A stretch of DNA of 64,000 nucleotides from Candidatus Jordarchaeia archaeon (GTDB lineage Archaea; Asgardarchaeota; Jordiarchaeia; Jordiarchaeales; Jordiarchaeaceae), in NCBI GenBank assembly GCA_029856435.1, contig JAHQXB010000075.1, positions 1 through 64,000 on the forward strand, read 5' to 3'. The position numbers were made by a program, and so were the translations under genes. The notes under the pieces are model-generated. The model worked only from the letters and a program-made list of their open reading frames with translations. It was not told the origin of the DNA and made no database searches. This document shows, piece by piece, positions 60,833-64,000 of this stretch (position 1 is its first letter; each line of letters begins with the position of its first letter).

Positions 60833-61119
60833 CCTCACAATGCTAACCTTTTTAGCCGCTTTTCCATAATTTTTTCTCCTTTTTTTATCTTGAGGCAGGG
60901 TAGCCTTTCCAATGCTTCTAGCAATGCTGAGAACGGAAACCAACCCTAATTTAAATTTGTTAACTGAAGACAACCAAAAAAGAGCCACAAAAAAGTACAT
61001 GCGGCAATCATTAGAAGAGGCTCAAAAAAAATAGTACCGCGACCCTTCTCCTTCGTCCAAAAAAAGGAAGCGCCAGCTTGTAACGAAAATATTTTTTATT
61101 TCCACTTCCCCCCTTATTA

Positions 61120-62330
61120 ATGATTCATACGAATCTCGATAAATTGGAGGAATTCTTCTCAGGCGTGGACCGGACCCATACGAGGCGGAGATTAACAAAC
61201 TATATATACAACCTGGAAGGTAAGGGGTAGGAGGCCCAAATCTCCGGCAGCCTACTTCAAGGCGGTTCCAGTCAAGACGCTTCACAACACACCAAGCTTC
61301 AGCCAACTCGTTGAAAGGCTGAAGAACAATCCAGATCTGGCTCAGCTATGCGGATTCGACGAACCTCCCTCAAAGATGGATTTCAGCAGGTTTATGAAAA
61401 AGTTTTCGGAGGCAGCGCTGGGAGAGAAACTCTTTTGAGGAAGCCCCAAGGCAATTGAAGGAGCCAACACTAAGAGAGGCCGACCTAAAAAAGGGGATCT
61501 AGCCGGTGGAATGCAGCGCTACGACACATTCCCCATCAAGGCTTGGACTAAGGGAAACCAAAAACGTGAAGGTGGGTTTCTCTGATCCAGAGGCGAGGAT
61601 AGGCGTAGGAAAGAAGAATGAATATTTCTTAGGGTATAAAGTTCACCTCAGCTGCGATTGTAACAGCGAACCGCCCACCGCTTGCGTGGTTAGACCCGCC
61701 AACGAGAATGAAAAAAGGCATTTAAGTCTCACATAAGTCAAGAAGCGGTTTAGGAACGCTAGGTGGCATGTGGCAGACAGCCAGTACAGTAGCAGAGAAC
61801 TGAGAAGGTCCGTAAGGCAGTACTTGAAAAGAAGACTGGTCATAGTCAAGACGCGTAGTGAAAAAAATGGGGGGGCGGAAGACTTCTACACAGACAAAAA
61901 GGTTCCGCTGTCATAGAAAGAGACCTTGTCGTAAGTATGTAGTTTGTTGACATGGTATGTGTGCAGGGTTAGCTGGTCTTACCCCCATTTTTTTAGGCTT
62001 ATTTGGAAGGAAGCCCTGTTAAGCCTCCTTTTTTTTGAGAGGATCAAACGATTACGCATAGAAGAGAAGCTACATACATAAGACGAGGCCACTGGAAACA
62101 GGAAGATGTGCAAAAATATACAGGAGGAGAACTGCCTGCGAGAGAATGAACTCTGGAGCTGAGAGGCTTGTTGGGAGAAACACGCTTAAGGGGTTTAAGC
62201 AAGGTTAAAACCCAACGCGGGTATAGCTCCAACCCTCATACTCCCTAGTGGCCGCTGCTTCCCATTTAGTATGGAAGACCCTGGCTTGCAAGAAGCATAG
62301 AGCACTACGCAAACCACCAGGACGAAAGGT
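61120..62330 (+). pseudogene. DDE transposase pseudogene
   Basis: Fragments LCGFDEPPSK.DFSRF, DPEARIG..GYKVHL..RPANENE, VADSQYSS, IYRRRTACERMNS with frameshifts, stops and a MITE insertion. Confidence 0.85.
61920..62092 (-). mobile_element. MITE family B copy 3 inserted in the transposase
   Basis: GAGACCTTGTCGTAAGTATGTAG ... CTACATACATAAGACGAGGCCAC; flanks TAGAAA / TGGAAA; removal restores RCHGNRKMC. Confidence 0.85.
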
Positions 62331-62754
62331 ATCTAAAACTACTAGCGGAAGCTTTCGATTACCAGACTAAGAAGGGGCAAGGTTTGGAAGTGTGGAGGGG
62401 GTAGCGGAAGCTCTCGAATACTAGGTCCAAGAATAGGAGGAGGAATAGAGGGGGTTAACCACTCGAAGAGCCTAAAATCCCAGCAAATAGGGAAGTAGGC
62501 CAACCAAAAAGGACCGTTTGCGATACTTCCCTAGGTCAACTTTCTATTTTTCGTTACAAGCTGGCGCTCATCAGTCTTTTACAACTGGGTAACCCTAAGA
62601 TTACAAGCCAATTTCCTAACCTCGCCTAAAGATGACGCAAGATTTAAATTTCCAAAGAATTCAATGTGTGCAACCAAAATAGTAGAAAATAGAAGAGCTA
62701 AAAAGAAAAAAGGTAATTAGCTTAAGGAAAGAATTTTGAGAGGCGAAATGAAAA

Positions 62755-64000
62755 ATGGTTGGGATAAAGGCGTGTGGAGCCTACATTCCTCTCTACAGTC
62801 TAAGTCGGGAACTGATCGCTAAAGCTTGGGACTTTCCTCCAGTGCCTGGAAGCAGAGCCTTGGCAAACATTGATGAGGACAGCATAACTATGGCGGTTGA
62901 AGCCGGCTGGGACTGCCTACACAAAATTGAGCCCAAAACAGTTGATGGAGTCTACTTCGCCACCACCACATCACCCTACGCTGAAAAGCAAGGCGCAGCC
63001 CTCATAGCAGCGGCTCTGGACATGAGAAAAGATGTTCAAACCATAGACTTCACAGACTCCCTCAGAGCCGGAACAACAGCCATGATAGCTGCATATAATG
63101 CTATCAAGAGCGGCACCGCCAACAACATACTTGTTGTAGCCTCCGACTGCCGTATAGGTGAACCCGAAAGCATGTTTGAATTTCAGATGGGAGACGGAGC
63201 TGCAGCCATACTACTATCTAAAGATGATGTGGGAGCCACCATAGAAGGATTCCACACCGTCTCCGAAGAATTCACTGGTCCCTGGCGGAGAGCCAAAGAC
63301 ACCTACATAAGAGAATTTGAAGTGAAACACGATGGAATATATGGATTCGCAAACCAGGTGGGCGCAGTCCTAATGGGGCTAGCCCAGAAATACAAATTAG
63401 ACCCCAAATCGGTATCCAAGCTCATTATGTACGCCCCAGACCCTCGAGCCCCCGCAGAAATAGCTAAGAGAATGGGGGTTGACGCAAAAAATGTTCAAGA
63501 TACCATGTTCTTCTCAATAGGAAACACCGGAACCGCCCTGGCCCCCATGATGCTTGTGGCAGCCTTGGAACAAGCACAGCCAAACCAGAAAATGGTTGTG
63601 GTAGGGGTTGGAGACGGAGCCGACGCCCTACTATTAAACACCACAGACAAAGTTGCACAAATAAAGGGCAAAAGGGGAATAACGGGACACATATTTTCAA
63701 TGAAACCCCTCAAAAACTATAACGAATACATAAGAAACAAACAGCTCCTAGAGAGAGAAAGGTTCTCCAGAAGAACCAGCACCGTAATCTATTACCGGGA
63801 CAAAGCAAAAATCCTAAACCTCCACGGAATGAAATGCAAAGCCTGCGGAACAATACAATACCCCATCCAAAGAGTCTGCATAGAGTGTGGAGCAAAAGAC
63901 AACTGGGAAGAAATAAGACTACCCAAAACTGGAAAAGTGTTCACATTCACGCTAGACCACCTTGTAGGAGGAGAATACCTAGTAACACCAGTACCCCGAA
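62755..64000 (+). CDS. HMG-CoA synthase-like / DUF35 fusion protein (runs off the window end)
   Basis: Manual translation MVGIKACGAYIPLY..DEDSITMAVEA..GDGAAA; C-terminal KCKACGTIQYP..CIECG..GKVFTFTLDH; open to 64000. Confidence 0.85.
   Translation, partial: MVGIKACGAYIPLYSLSRELIAKAWDFPPVPGSRALANIDEDSITMAVEAGWDCLHKIEPKTVDGVYFATTTSPYAEKQGAALIAAALDMRKDVQTIDFTDSLRAGTTAMIAAYNAIKSGTANNILVVASDCRIGEPESMFEFQMGDGAAAILLSKDDVGATIEGFHTVSEEFTGPWRRAKDTYIREFEVKHDGIYGFANQVGAVLMGLAQKYKLDPKSVSKLIMYAPDPRAPAEIAKRMGVDAKNVQDTMFFSIGNTGTALAPMMLVAALEQAQPNQKMVVVGVGDGADALLLNTTDKVAQIKGKRGITGHIFSMKPLKNYNEYIRNKQLLERERFSRRTSTVIYYRDKAKILNLHGMKCKACGTIQYPIQRVCIECGAKDNWEEIRLPKTGKVFTFTLDHLVGGEYLVTPVPR

Larger units (their letters stand above)
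61069..62568 (+). mobile_element. Defective IS5/IS1182-like DDE insertion sequence
   Basis: 21-bp TIR AGCGCCAGCTTGTAACGAAAA at 61069 and inverted ending 62568; encloses a decayed transposase. Confidence 0.85.

Noticed and set aside
1-64000. tRNA, rRNA, SRP or RNase P genes
   Set aside because: No T-loop/cloverleaf or rRNA signature recognised by eye; tRNAscan-SE/Infernal would be needed to exclude them

Overview
Archaeal genomic DNA (TTG/GTG starts, GGAGG/GGTGA-type RBS, archaeal gene families). A Sec23/24-like Zn-finger+VWA protein suggests, but does not prove, an Asgard lineage. Most of the window is anaerobic heterotrophic metabolism: thiolase+DUF35, ADP-forming acyl-CoA synthetase, FabK/nitronate monooxygenase-like, enoyl-CoA hydratase, phenylacetate-CoA ligases, an HMGS-like/DUF35 fusion, LutAB-like, LarA-like, CCG Fe-S oxidoreductases and glucose dehydrogenase. 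It also holds CopA+YHS, a ClC channel and an MrfAB-like helicase/exonuclease pair. The mobilome is rich: an IS605/IS1341 element with exactly definable ends (RHH gene + dead tnpB), a dead IS5/IS1182-like element, and two MITE families (5 and 3 copies) with different terminal repeats but a shared core of about 100 bp. Several genes are pseudogenes (vapBC, tspO, an Fe-S protein). No CRISPR array, rRNA or tRNA was recognised. Best leads: the Sec23/24-like protein, the related or nested MITE families, a polytopic membrane-subtilisin fusion, an active + P-loop-less PaaK pair, a tandem orphan membrane-protein family with nearby 60-bp repeats, and sharp G+T versus A+C skew switches inside genes. All family calls are motif recognition by eye; no database search was run.
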